In this document: in pieces, positions 25,309 through 36,445 of the stretch
How the letters are laid out: each line of letters begins with the position of its first letter
Position numbering within the stretch: position 1 is the stretch's first letter
NCBI GenBank assembly: GCA_043228905.1
Contig: JBHGNT010000014.1
Location: 12,772,001 to 12,836,000 of the forward strand
Length of the DNA stretch: 64,000 bases
Reading direction: 5' to 3'
Source of the DNA: Azolla caroliniana
Lineage: Eukaryota; Plantae; Polypodiophyta
The notes under the pieces: model-generated
The model's database searches: none
Told to the model about the DNA's origin: nothing
Seen by the model: only the letters and a program-made list of their open reading frames with translations
Position numbers and translations under genes: made by a program

Positions 25309-27039
25309 GCTTAACCTCCAAATGTAGTATCATCCCTACCAAGGTTCATCCTAAGGTATAGGTTATTATACTTAACCATAGTTAACAAACATGGTAATGC
25401 AAATAATATATCTTGAATTTCTTGAGCATACCTTAGTTATCTACTCTTTTGATTGATCATCAACAATCCTAGTTTCAACGTGTGTACAAAATCATCAACA
25501 ATTCTAGTTTCAACGTGTGTAAAAATCTCCTTGCACCTTCTCCAACTTGTATACCTTAATAGATTAATACATTACTCTCGAAGTTATATCCCATTATGTT
25601 ACATTCTTGAAGTTTTGGTATAGGAGTACTTTATTATTTGATCATGGTCCCTTAGAAAGTTTTCGAGAAAGAATGCAATCCACCGTCCACTAATTTTCAA
25701 TGGTTGTTGTATATGCTCTTGATTAATGGTTATTCTTTAAAGACATTGCACAGTGCACTATGTCATGAACATGAGCATCGAAATGAAGAAACCATTAACT
25801 TATAACACAATGTATTTGATGTCTCATTCAGCATAAAAACTCTTCACAATCCATGTGCTTGTTCTAAAAGCGCACAATAAACAAGTCAATTGTTACTTCA
25901 TTCCTTTTATAAATTTAGTTTTTAAAATCTGAATGCACATTCTTCATAACCCATTTTCATTATAATAATTTAAGCTTGAGATCTGAATACACAAAACTTT
26001 TCTTCTAAAATAATGGATATATAATGGAAGTATGGAATCAAATTCTCTAAATAACACTCAATGACAATGCTAAACTTAACCCTATGTTGTTTAATATATA
26101 TATAATTTAGTAACTCTTTGTCAATGTTTTTCATAACCAATGTTAATGTAGATTATGAAAATTCTTTGTAACTCTAGTTTGAGATTGTGCACACTAACAA
26201 GAACTTTATAGAATCAATTTGACATTTGTTTATTGCAATTAGAACCCTAGAAAATGATTACACGGTCAATTATAAACTTTAAATTGCAACGATAATAATC
26301 TCAAAGGTTGCATTGGACAAGAATAATTTATTCGGAAATGACACCAAATTACTTTCTTGGTGTGAGAATGTAGATGGACATGCATGATATAACACAACAT
26401 GATACAAAATGCCTTGTTTAGTTCCATTTCTGGTTGAACCTAACAAGAATGAGTCACCAATACAGAATGAGCCACAAAACAAGGCCTACGATTTGATTGT
26501 CACCCTTAGGGAGATTCAATACATGAGACTCCAACTAAATCTAGTCCTTACTTAGGTTTTTTTGTTTCTCTAATCTTCCTAACTCTCTCTACTTACACAA
26601 TGAATGAATCTCACAAGGATAGCTCCATTGCAATTACTACTCACTTTCACATGTATTACATGAAGACATTATATTTTTTCATATTTGTATCTATCTATCT
26701 ATTCCTCCGGGGGTAAAAGTTGTGTACATATTAAAACAACATCGATGACGACATTGCACACTTTGACAACCTCACATATTAAAGTGGTGGATCTCCCTTA
26801 GGGAATTCCGTCTTGCACCCAATCTATTTATCTACCGACCTATATATAACCCTTCATAAAGGAAAACATGTCAAAAGGGTGATAATAATTTCCCAATGAG
26901 TAGTGCATAAAGTTGCATTTTAAAGTTGTTCTTGTTGCTGTAATATTTTGCACATGGGGGGAAGAATGGTGGGATAGATGATTTTTGGTTGAGTAAAAGG
27001 AGTTGAGAGTAGATAAATATTTTGTAATATCTTCGACCC

Positions 27040-27480
27040 ATACTAGCTTGTTGGTTAGACAATCCCGTTTAACATGGGATGTGGGTTCAAATCGTGTAAC
27101 AGCTATTTTCAAGTTTTGCAAAAGAAGAGAGAATCAATTTAGCGAAAGAAGAGAGAAACATGGGCGTGGTTAACTTTTTTGAGTTATGGAATTGACCAAA
27201 TTAGCAAAATTATTAGTTAGAGAATCCCTTTTAGCAACATGTGGGATGCACGTTCAAATCTTGTAGCGGCCATTTGAGGTTTTTCAAAAGAAGAGGGAAA
27301 CATGGGTGTGGTTAACTCTTTTGAGCTATGGAATTGATTAAATTAGCAAAAATTTGGAACCCAATATTTTGGTGAGGACTTGGCTTTTCAAGTTTTGCAT
27401 AATAGAGGGGGAAACATAGGTATGATTAACTCTTCTGAGCTATAGAATTGACCAAATTGGCAAAAAGTTGAAACCCAAAG
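27040..27480 (+). repeat. Degenerate ~120-bp tandem repeat (3 copies) with tRNA-like boxes in the first units
   Basis: aaacatggg(c/t)gtggttaact...gagctatggaattgaccaaattagcaaaa recurs at ~27157, ~27298 and ~27412. TAGCTTGTTGGTTAGA...GGGTTCAAATC at 27044-27093. Confidence 0.6.
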
Positions 27481-27489
27481 GTTTCATCT

Positions 27490-28200
27490 TTGTCCTCTAG
27501 ACATCCTTTGATGGGGATGTCATCTTGGAAAGATATTTGGGATGCAATATTTCAATGCTCTATTCATTGCATTCATAATGTGGGCCATAGAGTTAGTAGT
27601 ATCTTGTGGCAAGCTTCAAATCCTTACCACCCGATTGGAATCAACATTATGGTTATGCTGCTACTATCCATGGGTACTTGGAATTGGCCATATCTTATTA
27701 AGTATAGTTTCCCAATTTGAGTAAATTGACCTACCTACAAAGACTTTAACAAACTTGTCAATACTTGACCCAACACTAACATTGCGAATTATCACCTTAT
27801 TGATCAATTGATGGTCTTGAATAAAGCGTTGAGACCCATTCTTTTTCCCTACAATGAACCATCTATTTGAATATGGTTCATTTGAGTCTCTAGAATTCCT
27901 TTGTCAACATTCTCTTTCAACAGTTCCATTATCTTGGTCTATGTGCTTGCGTATACTTGCCTTCAACATTGGGATCAACTTTAGGTTCCATGGAAAATGT
28001 GACATTGTTAATATAACCAGGTTTCTTGAGCATCTTCTTGAACTTCAAGTAGTCTTTAGATAGAAGATGCATGGATCTCTTAAATTCAGATTAGATGCCA
28101 CTTTTCATCCATTACAAGTTTAGGGTTTAGGATATGGTGCAACTACACGCTTCACCCTCTTCTATACCATCTTGTCCTTCGTGTTTAGTTTGACTTCCTC
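27490..28200 (-). pseudogene. Old, decayed Ty3/Gypsy reverse transcriptase fragment of the same type as element C
   Basis: Minus-strand fragments translate to VKLNTKDKMV*KRV, PWNLKLIP, TNSMAHIMNA and FQDDIPIKG. These match element C motifs VSTKYKTVDRKVRPV, PWNLNPIP, TNSVAHMVNAM and FLDDIPIKG. Confidence 0.75.
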
Positions 28201-29284
28201 TATGACAACAGTTTCCCCATATTCATCGACGAAGGTACATGTAGGTATGAGTTGACTTTGTTATCAGTGGGACAAAAGGGATACAGTGTGAAACGAATCT
28301 AAGGATACAGGTAGGTAAAGTAGGTGAAAAACGACAACCGAGAAGCTAGTCATAGTGCCGGATAAGACAACCACAGTTGTTACCGATAAAACATTAGCCC
28401 TAACCGGAAATATTGAGCAAGGGCAGAATCCCCGATTCTCGGAGGAGGAAGTTATGACCTTCAAGGACTTACCTGTGGAATCTTATGAGCTCGGCGCCAT
28501 TTTGCAACACGACACAACATACGAGCTCATAGACTTCCGGTCTCGCTTCTAGGTTGCGGCTATGTCTCGAATGGCTCAGGAACACGCTGAGCAACAAATG
28601 ATCGAGCGGGCATTGGTCAACGAGCTCAATAACGAAATACGAGCAACCGAGAATGAAGGCCGAGAAGAAAGGAGTGACTGAAGCGCGCCGAGCAGAAAGG
28701 GAAGCTATAAAATGAGAAGCAAAATCAAGAGGAAGGGGGATGAAGGAGAGGGATACCCTGGTCTAGAAAGATTTACTGTTAACTATTTGATTGTATGAGA
28801 ATAGAACTCCGGTCGTGAGTCGTGTAACCGTTTGTACTTGAATCTATTAACATAATTATCATTGTGGGTCTAATCAGTCTGGGTAGTGCGACTGTTGCGT
28901 GGAGCAGCAAAAAGCAGCCAACTATGGCTCTATCGAGCACTGAGGTTGAGTATCGGGGCGCTACCGTTGCCACTTGCGAAGCCATTTGGCTTCGCCGACT
29001 GCTGCAAGACCTTTGGATTTAAGTATCGACTCCAATCTCGATCTACTATGACAACATGAGCAACTTGCAGTTGACCAAGAACCTCGTGTTCCATGCTCGA
29101 ACAAAGCACATAGAAGTGCATTATCACTTTGTGCGCGAGCGGGTCCTCATCGGTGAAGTAAAAATTCTGTATGTCCGGATAGATAGACAAGTTTCCACCA
29201 TCTTCACCAAGGCCCTTGGAACTGACAAGTTGCAACACTTCTCGGAGATGCTTGGTCTTTAGCATCTCGACATGGGGGAGAAAG

Positions 29285-29857
29285 TGACGTGGAAATGACA
29301 CTTGGCCACAACCGAGTCTTAAAACAACAAATAGAAGAGAGCAAACTGAAAATAAGATGACACAGAATGTTAACGTGGAAAACCCTAAATGGGAAAAACC
29401 ACAGGAGCCCACAGACTCCAACTATCACTATGAGGGGAGGAATACAATGTGAGACTAAGAGGCAACGACCTCGAGCTCTATGTCTTCGCCAGTGGACGGT
29501 TACAACAGAAACTAATTCTGTATCTCTCTCTCTCTCGCTTTCTCACACTCTGTGTGCAACGATGATACAACCACTACTACACCATATTTTGTTACCATAA
29601 AGTGATTGCCCTAAGTCATATTTATACTTATATGACTTTTGGGCTATTTACAAATATAACCTCAATAGGCTAACCATGAAACATATTTACACATATGTCA
29701 TTCGATCTGGTTTGCACCATATCCATCTGGATTCACTCGATCTGGTTTTCGGGTCTCATCCGGAACCCTTCCGGATATGGTTCCTTCATCCGACTCGTCC
29801 GATCCGGCTCCTCTAGTTCTCATCTAGATCCCATCCGGAGGGACCGAATTCCTAACA
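29285..29857 (-). repeat. 3' LTR of Copia B
   Basis: TGACG...CTAACA; homologous to 46306-46893; adjacent minus-strand PPT. Confidence 0.9.
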
Positions 29858-30088
29858 AACTCCGCCTTCACTCTGGCATGGGATTTCTCGTTAATCCGAT
29901 TTGTTTTCGGCACGTGTCCAGTTTGTCAGCTGACAACACCTTGGTCAGCATATCTGACCCGTTCTCCTTCGTGTGGATCTTCGTCAGCACGAAGTCTTGA
30001 TCTTCTACTCTCTCCCTGATCCAGTAATACCTCCGCTGGATGTGCTTCGTCCGGGAATGGTAGGACGCATTCTTCGCAAGGTGGATGG

Positions 30089-30694
30089 TGTTGGGGATCA
30101 ACGATTCGATTTGCCTTCTTCACTCGGCCACAACCGAGTAATCGCGAATCAATGCAACAGAAAATAGGAAACAAAGAGAGAAACATACGAATACACAGGG
30201 ATTAACGTGGAAAACCCTAGACGGGAAAAACCACGGGAGTACAAGACTCCAAACCAACACTATACAGAGGAAGTATACAATGGCGAGCTACAAGGCGACG
30301 ACCTTGAGCTCGCTGTCCTCGCCACAGGCGGCGGAAATACACAGAGGCGTCTACCTCTTCCTCTCTCGCGCTCTATCTCTCTCTATCACGCGGCTGCTCT
30401 CTCTTCACTCCTCGTGAGTGGAAAAACAGAAAAATGAGAAGCAACACCAAAACAGTTTGCCCTAAGTCATATTTATACTCATATGACTTTGGGCTATTTA
30501 CAACTGTAGCCTCAAGGGCCCATAGCGAACATATTCACGGATATGTCCCTGCATCCGGATCGCTCTCCGGGTACATTCGTCATCCGGTACCGAAACCGGG
30601 GTCTTCGTCATCCGGATCCGAAACCGAAACCGGGCTTGTCGGCATTCATCTCAGATATCCGACCATCCCATCTGAAGGGACCGAAATCCCAACA
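30089..30694 (-). repeat. 3' LTR of Copia A
   Basis: TGTTGGGG...CCCAACA, near-identical to 34808-35413. Confidence 0.96.
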
Positions 30695-30704
30695 AACTCC
30701 CCCT

Positions 30705-33700
30705 TCACTTCGGCATGGGATGTCTCTCCAATCCGATCCTCTTCCGGCATGCTTCCAGCTTGTCGGGTGTGAGGACCTTGGTCAGCATATCCGACCCGTT
30801 CTCGTCTGTGTGGATCTTTGTCAGCACGAACTCCTTGTCTTCTATCCTTTCCCGGATCCAGTGATATCTTCGCTGGATGTGCTTCGTCCGGGAGTGATAG
30901 GCCGCATTCTTCGCAAGGTGGATTGCACTCTGACTGTCGCAGTAGAGTCGGTACTCCTCCTGTTGGATACCGAGCTCTCTAATGAAGTCCTTCATCCATA
31001 TTATTTCCTTGCCGGCTTCAACAGCCGCCATGTACTCCGCCTCCGTGGTTGACAGCGCAACCGTCTTCTGCAGCCTCGACTGCCATGAAACAGCTCCCCC
31101 TGCATACGTCATCACATACCCTGATGTGGACCGGCTGGTATCTGCATCAGCCGACATATCCGAATCGGTAAAGCCGTCGAGTTCGGGCTTTCCGGAGCCG
31201 AATCGGAGGCACACGTTTGCCGTGCCCTTCAGGTATCGGAGTATCCACTTGGCCGCGTTCCAATGCTCTTTGCCGGGATTGCTCATGTACCGACTCACTA
31301 CTCCGACTGCATATCCGATGTCCGGTCTCGTACACACCATGGCGTACATCAAGCTCCCGACGGCTGAGGCATACGGCACTTTCATCATATCCTCCTTTTC
31401 AGCCTTTGTCTTGGGACTTTGCTTGCTGGACAGCTTGCAATTTGTCGGGAGGGTCGATCCGACCGGTCTTGCTTCCGACATGTTGAACCGTTTAAGCACC
31501 TTTGTCACGTACTTCTCTTGTGACAGCCACAACTGCTTCTTGCTCCGGTCCCGGATGATGTGCATCCCTAGTATTTGTCTCGCCGGACCCAGGTCCTTCA
31601 TTGAGAAGGTTCGGTGAAGAGCCTTCTTCAGCATCCGGATCTTGACCTGGTCCCGTCCGACGATCAACATGTCGTCCACGTACAGGAGGAGTATTAGAGA
31701 GTCTCCTCCTTCGAACTTCTTCACAAACACGCAGTGGTCGGACTGCGTTTTGAGGTACCCTTCGTCGGTCATGAAGGAGTCGAACTTCCGGTACCATTGC
31801 CGGGGAGCCTGCTTCAGTCCGTAAAGGCTCTTCTTCAACCGGCATACCAGGTGCTCCTTCCCTTTCTTCTCGAATCCTTCCGGTTGCTGCATGTAGATCT
31901 CTTCATCGAGGTCGCCGTGAAGAAATGCCGTCTTCACGTCCATCTGTTCTACCTCGAGGTCCATGCTCGCCGCTATGCTCAGCACCGTCCGGATGGAGGT
32001 CATCTTCACTACCGGGGCAAATATCTCGTCGAAGTCGACGCCCTTCTTCTGCTGAAACCCCTTCACCACGATCCTGGCTTTGTATCTCGGGGGGTTTCCG
32101 GCATCTCCCGGTTTCAGCTTGAACACCCACTTGTTTCGAAGTGCCCGCTTTCCTTTCGGCAACTCCACAAGTTCATATGTGTGGTTCTCATGCAGGGAAT
32201 CCATCTCGTCCTGCATGGCACTCAACCACCTGCGGCTCTGGGTGTCATGTTTTGCTTCTTCAAAGCTCTCCGGCTTCCCCTCGTCGGTTAGCAGCACGTG
32301 CTCTGGTTCCGGAAATCTCCGGGGGGCCCTTCTCTCTCTTAGAGGATATCTTCGTTCCGGAGCTTCGGTAACTGGTTCTTCCGATTCTTCTTCATCCGAA
32401 TCCATTTCGGGATCGGGGCCGGTTCCGGTATCATTTTCATCTTCTTCGGCCGGTTCTGTTTCTTCACCATCTTCGGCCGGATCCTCGAGTGCTAACCGGT
32501 CCCTTGCCGGTCGGGACTGCTCCTCGTAGAGTTGTTCCTCACCGGTCGACTTGGAGCTCTTCATCTTCTTCTCCGATTCCCAGTCGGCGAGTGTCTTGTC
32601 CTCCATGAAGATGATGTCTCGACTCCTGAATATCTTCTTGTCGACCGGGTCCCATACTCGGTAGCCGAACTCGTCGTCGCCGTAACCGAGGAATATGCAT
32701 GGCCGGGTCTTTGGATCTAGCTTTCCTCTCCGGTCCTTTGCCACATGCACGTATGCGAGACACCCGAACACCTTCAGATGCCGGTAGGACACTTCCTTAC
32801 CGGTCCACACTTTCTGCGGCGTGTTTCCGTCCAAAGGTACTGAGGGTGATCTGTTTATCACGTATGTCGCCGTCGACATTGCCTCAGCCCAAAACCCCTT
32901 GGGTAATTTCGCATGCGCCAGCATACTCCGGACCCTCTCCATTATGGTCCGGTTCATCCTCTCGGCCAGCCCGTTCAGTTCCGGCGTCTTCGGCACAGTA
33001 AACTCGAGTCGGATTCCCTTCGAGCGACAGTACTCCTGGAACTGCCCCCGGTATTCCCCTCCGTTATCCGCTCGTATCGCTTTCAGCTTCTTGCCGGATT
33101 CCCTTTCCACTCTCGCGTGGAGTTCTTTGAAGACGCACAACACTTGGTCCTTTGTCTTCAGCGGTGCCGTCCACAGCTTCCGGCTGTGATCATCAATGAA
33201 TGTTACGAAGTACTGGGCTCCGCCATGTGACTTCGTTTCTACCTGACACACATCAGTGTGCACCAACTCCAATGGTGCGCTACGTCTCGTCGGTGGCCTT
33301 GAGTGGAAGGAGGTTCGGTTCTGCTTACCGGCCAGGCAATCGGTACACTTCTCCAGGTGCACATGCTTCACTGGAATAAGGTTGTCTTCTGCAAGCCTCT
33401 TCATCCCCTTCTCACTCATGTGACACAGTCTTTTGTGCCACAGCTCACCGGCAGTGTCGGCTGCCACATTCAGCTCTTCAGGACATAACCGGGCATTCAT
33501 CAGGTACAGAGTGTTGTCTTTCTGGGCCCGAGCCACTATTAGGCTCCCCTTGCTGAACTTCATTACGCCGTTCCGGATGCTACCTGTGTAGCCTTCATCG
33601 TCTAGCCTCCCGGCCGAAATCAGGTTCAATCGAACCTCCGGAACGTGTCGGACATCCTTCAACAGCATTTTGCATCCGGTCGGGGTTGTCAACCACACAT

Positions 33701-34778
33701 CTCCGATGCCGGCAATCCGGCACGTACCTTCATTTCCCATCCGAACACAGCCATGCTCACCGGCTGTGTAGGATGAGAAGTATCTTCTCTCCGGGGTCAG
33801 GTGGAACGATGCTCCGGAATCGACCACCCAGGTCGTCTCATTGCCGGCAATGTTTAGTTCACCTTCTTCGGTGATGAGCATGATTTCTTCCTCACTTGCC
33901 GCGAGTGCCGTCGTTCCTTTCCGGTCCTGCCCTCGCCGATCCGAACCTCTCCGGTCCGTGGCTCCCCGGTATGCACCGTTTCTCTCCGGTGACTTCTTCG
34001 AATCGGTGTCGTCGGCTCCGTTGTCTTTTCGGTAATGCCGACAATTCTTTCGAAAGTGCCCCGGCTTCCCACAGTGGAAGCATGTGGGCCTTCCTCTTGA
34101 CTGCGACCGGGTCCCCGACTTCTCCCGTCTTTGCGGACTCCGGTTCCATTGTCTTCCCCGATCCGATTCGGTAAACAACATCTTCGGGTCGGAGGTCGGT
34201 TCCTTATCTCTCCGACGCGCTTCTTCATTCAAAATACTTGTCTTTACCGTTTGTAAGGACAAGTTATCTTCGGTGCAGGAGGTGCTGAGAGTCACCACCA
34301 AGTTCTCCCAGCTTTCTGGCAATGTACACATCAGGATGATGGCTTGCATTGCATCCTCCAACGGGAACTTAATCGCCGCAAGCTGGTTCACGAATCCCAT
34401 GAACGTGCTTACGTGTTCAACCATACTCTCGCCGTCCCGGTACTTGAGGTTCACTATCTTCCTCATCAGGGAGGTCCGGTTCAACGCATTCTTCCTCTCG
34501 TAGAGGCCCGACAGCTTCTTCCACATCTCATATGCGTTGGTGTCGTTCGCCACATGTTGTAGGACGCTTACATCGACATATTGTCGGATCGTCGCTACGG
34601 CTTTCCGGTTCAGGAGCTTCCACTCCGACTCAAGTACCCCCTTCGGTATTTCCGACCTGTCAATCGGTTCGTACAGGTCCCGAACAATCAGAAGATCCTC
34701 CATCTTGATCTTCCAGTCGGCGTAATTCTGTGCATTCAGCACCATCATCATCGGCTGCCCGCTGCCGCCGCCTTCCAT
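30705..34778 (-). CDS. Copia Gag-Pol polyprotein (Gag, CCHC knuckle, protease, integrase, RT, RNase H)
   Basis: CFHCGKPGHFRKNC; protease WVVDSGAS; integrase LWHKRLCH...CTDC, FIDD, RADNGGEY, NGLAERMNRT; RT YVDD; RNase H. Domain order IN-RT-RH is diagnostic of Copia. The ATG at 34778 lies just downstream of the PBS. Confidence 0.96.
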   Translation of the reverse strand: MEGGGSGQPMMMVLNAQNYADWKIKMEDLLIVRDLYEPIDRSEIPKGVLESEWKLLNRKAVATIRQYVDVSVLQHVANDTNAYEMWKKLSGLYERKNALNRTSLMRKIVNLKYRDGESMVEHVSTFMGFVNQLAAIKFPLEDAMQAIILMCTLPESWENLVVTLSTSCTEDNLSLQTVKTSILNEEARRRDKEPTSDPKMLFTESDRGRQWNRSPQRREKSGTRSQSRGRPTCFHCGKPGHFRKNCRHYRKDNGADDTDSKKSPERNGAYRGATDRRGSDRRGQDRKGTTALAASEEEIMLITEEGELNIAGNETTWVVDSGASFHLTPERRYFSSYTAGEHGCVRMGNEGTCRIAGIGDVWLTTPTGCKMLLKDVRHVPEVRLNLISAGRLDDEGYTGSIRNGVMKFSKGSLIVARAQKDNTLYLMNARLCPEELNVAADTAGELWHKRLCHMSEKGMKRLAEDNLIPVKHVHLEKCTDCLAGKQNRTSFHSRPPTRRSAPLELVHTDVCQVETKSHGGAQYFVTFIDDHSRKLWTAPLKTKDQVLCVFKELHARVERESGKKLKAIRADNGGEYRGQFQEYCRSKGIRLEFTVPKTPELNGLAERMNRTIMERVRSMLAHAKLPKGFWAEAMSTATYVINRSPSVPLDGNTPQKVWTGKEVSYRHLKVFGCLAYVHVAKDRRGKLDPKTRPCIFLGYGDDEFGYRVWDPVDKKIFRSRDIIFMEDKTLADWESEKKMKSSKSTGEEQLYEEQSRPARDRLALEDPAEDGEETEPAEEDENDTGTGPDPEMDSDEEESEEPVTEAPERRYPLRERRAPRRFPEPEHVLLTDEGKPESFEEAKHDTQSRRWLSAMQDEMDSLHENHTYELVELPKGKRALRNKWVFKLKPGDAGNPPRYKARIVVKGFQQKKGVDFDEIFAPVVKMTSIRTVLSIAASMDLEVEQMDVKTAFLHGDLDEEIYMQQPEGFEKKGKEHLVCRLKKSLYGLKQAPRQWYRKFDSFMTDEGYLKTQSDHCVFVKKFEGGDSLILLLYVDDMLIVGRDQVKIRMLKKALHRTFSMKDLGPARQILGMHIIRDRSKKQLWLSQEKYVTKVLKRFNMSEARPVGSTLPTNCKLSSKQSPKTKAEKEDMMKVPYASAVGSLMYAMVCTRPDIGYAVGVVSRYMSNPGKEHWNAAKWILRYLKGTANVCLRFGSGKPELDGFTDSDMSADADTSRSTSGYVMTYAGGAVSWQSRLQKTVALSTTEAEYMAAVEAGKEIIWMKDFIRELGIQQEEYRLYCDSQSAIHLAKNAAYHSRTKHIQRRYHWIRERIEDKEFVLTKIHTDENGSDMLTKVLTPDKLEACRKRIGLERHPMPK

Positions 34779-34792
34779 TTTCTGCAACAGTC

Positions 34793-34804
34793 GCTCTGAT
34801 ACCA
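34793..34804 (-). promoter_or_regulatory. Primer-binding site (initiator tRNA-Met) of Copia A
   Basis: Minus strand reads TGGTATCAGAGC, 3 nt inside the 5' LTR. Confidence 0.93.
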
Positions 34805-34807
34805 GTT

Positions 34808-35413
34808 TGTTGGGGATCAACGATTCGATTTGCCTTCTTCACTCGGCCACAACCGAGTAATCGCGAATCAATGCAACAGAAAATAGGAAACAAAGAGAGA
34901 AACATACGAATACACAGGGATTAACGTGGAAAACCCTAGACGGGAAAAACCACGGGAGTACAAGACTCCAAACCAACACTATACAGAGGAAGTATACAAT
35001 GGCGAGCTACAAGGCGACGACCTTGAGCTCGCTGTCCTCGCCACAGGCGGCGGAAATACACAGAGGCGTCTACCTCTTCCTCTCTCGCGCTCTATCTCTC
35101 TCTATCACGTGGCTGCTCTCTCTTCACTCCTCGTGAGTGGAAAAACAGAAAAATGAGAAGCAACACCAAAACAGTTTGCCCTAAGTCATATTTATACTCA
35201 TATGACTTTGGGCTATTTACAACTGTAGCCTCAAGGGCCCATAGCGAACATATTCACGGATATGTCCCTGCATCCGGATCGCTCTCCGGGTACATTCGTC
35301 ATCCGGTACCGAAACCGGGGTCTTCGTCATCCGGATCCGAAACCGAAACCGGGCTTGTCGGCATTCATCTCAGATATCCGACCATCCCATCCGAAGGGAC
35401 CGAAATCCCAACA
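34808..35413 (-). repeat. 5' LTR of Copia A
   Basis: Near-identical to 30089-30694. Confidence 0.96.
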
Positions 35414-36405
35414 GATGGTACTTTGACTGTCGTAGTAGAGCCGGAATTCCTCTTGTTGGATCCCTAGCTCTCAGATGAAGTCCTTCATCTAGATTATCTC
35501 CTTGCCGACTTCCACAATTGCCATGTACTCCGCTTCCGTTGTCGAAAGTGCAACGGACTTTTGCAACCTTGACTGCCATGATACAACTCCCCTTACATAA
35601 GTCATGACATATCCGGATGTAGACCGGATGGTATCCGCATTAGCCGACATATCCGAATCCGTGAATCCATCAAGTTGGGGTTTACCGGAGCCAAACCAGA
35701 GGCACATACTCGAGGCGCCTTTCAGATACCAGAGTATCCACTTGACCGTGTTGTCGTGAAGAAAACCGTCCACGAGCGGAATCGGTGCGCTGGAGCATAG
35801 GAACCGGCTCTTCATGCACGTACGCCTTACGTTGTACATAAGAGAGAATTAGGGACATAGAAGATCCTAGGTAGGTAGATTCGGTAGGTAGGAAGTTAAT
35901 AGGAAACGGCTCCTTCCTGGCCTATAAAAGGAGGGAGACGAGGAGGGGGAAGAGGATCGCGGAGAGTCGAGGACGAAGTGCTGTCGGTTTGTGGGCGAAG
36001 GCTTCTCTCTCTCTCTGGCTCGCAAACTCCGTAGCTTCTTGCTATGCAGGTTTCGGGAGGCTCGCGCTGCTCTGAGGAATGCCTGAGTGCTTCCGGCAGC
36101 ACCTCCAACCTACTCTTTCCTTTCTGTGCGTTTACGAACAGGCATCGGCATCTGTTCGCCGGCCTGTTCGGTTGTAACCGACTTCGTGTTTTGTTGTTTG
36201 TCTCTGTTAATATACACTTACATACCGTTGTGCCTCTCTGTGTTGGTTTCCACGCTCGCGTCTTCGTGTCGAAGGGCCGTGTCCCTGTGGATCTACGCCC
36301 GCACGTAATGGGTCCCTTCCCTTCTCCTTTCCCTATTGCTCTTCGGACCAAGACCCCCGAGGTCCCGCCTCATTCCACGCATCCGCGAGGAATACCTCGA
36401 CATCT

Positions 36406-36422
36406 TGGCGAACCCGACGTGA
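36406..36422 (+). promoter_or_regulatory. Primer-binding site complementary to the tRNA-Trp 3' end
   Basis: TGGCGAACCCGACGTGA versus the expected complement of plant cytosolic tRNA-Trp (TGGTGAACCCGACGTGA, recalled from memory): one mismatch. Confidence 0.75.
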
Positions 36423-36445
36423 AGGAGGCGGCAGAAGAGCAGAAG

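Larger units (their letters stand above)
30089..35413 (-). mobile_element. Copia element A, intact and very young
   Basis: 606-bp TG...CA LTRs at 30089-30694 and 34808-35413 (two differences found by eye). TSD GATGG at 30084-30088 and 35414-35418. PBS TGGTATCAGAGC; PPT gtgaagggggag. Single uninterrupted ORF. Confidence 0.97.

Noticed and set aside
30207-30772. ORFs repeated three times (also at ~34926 and ~50287)
   Set aside because: They fall inside copies of the same LTR; the recurrence reflects LTR identity, not coding constraint.
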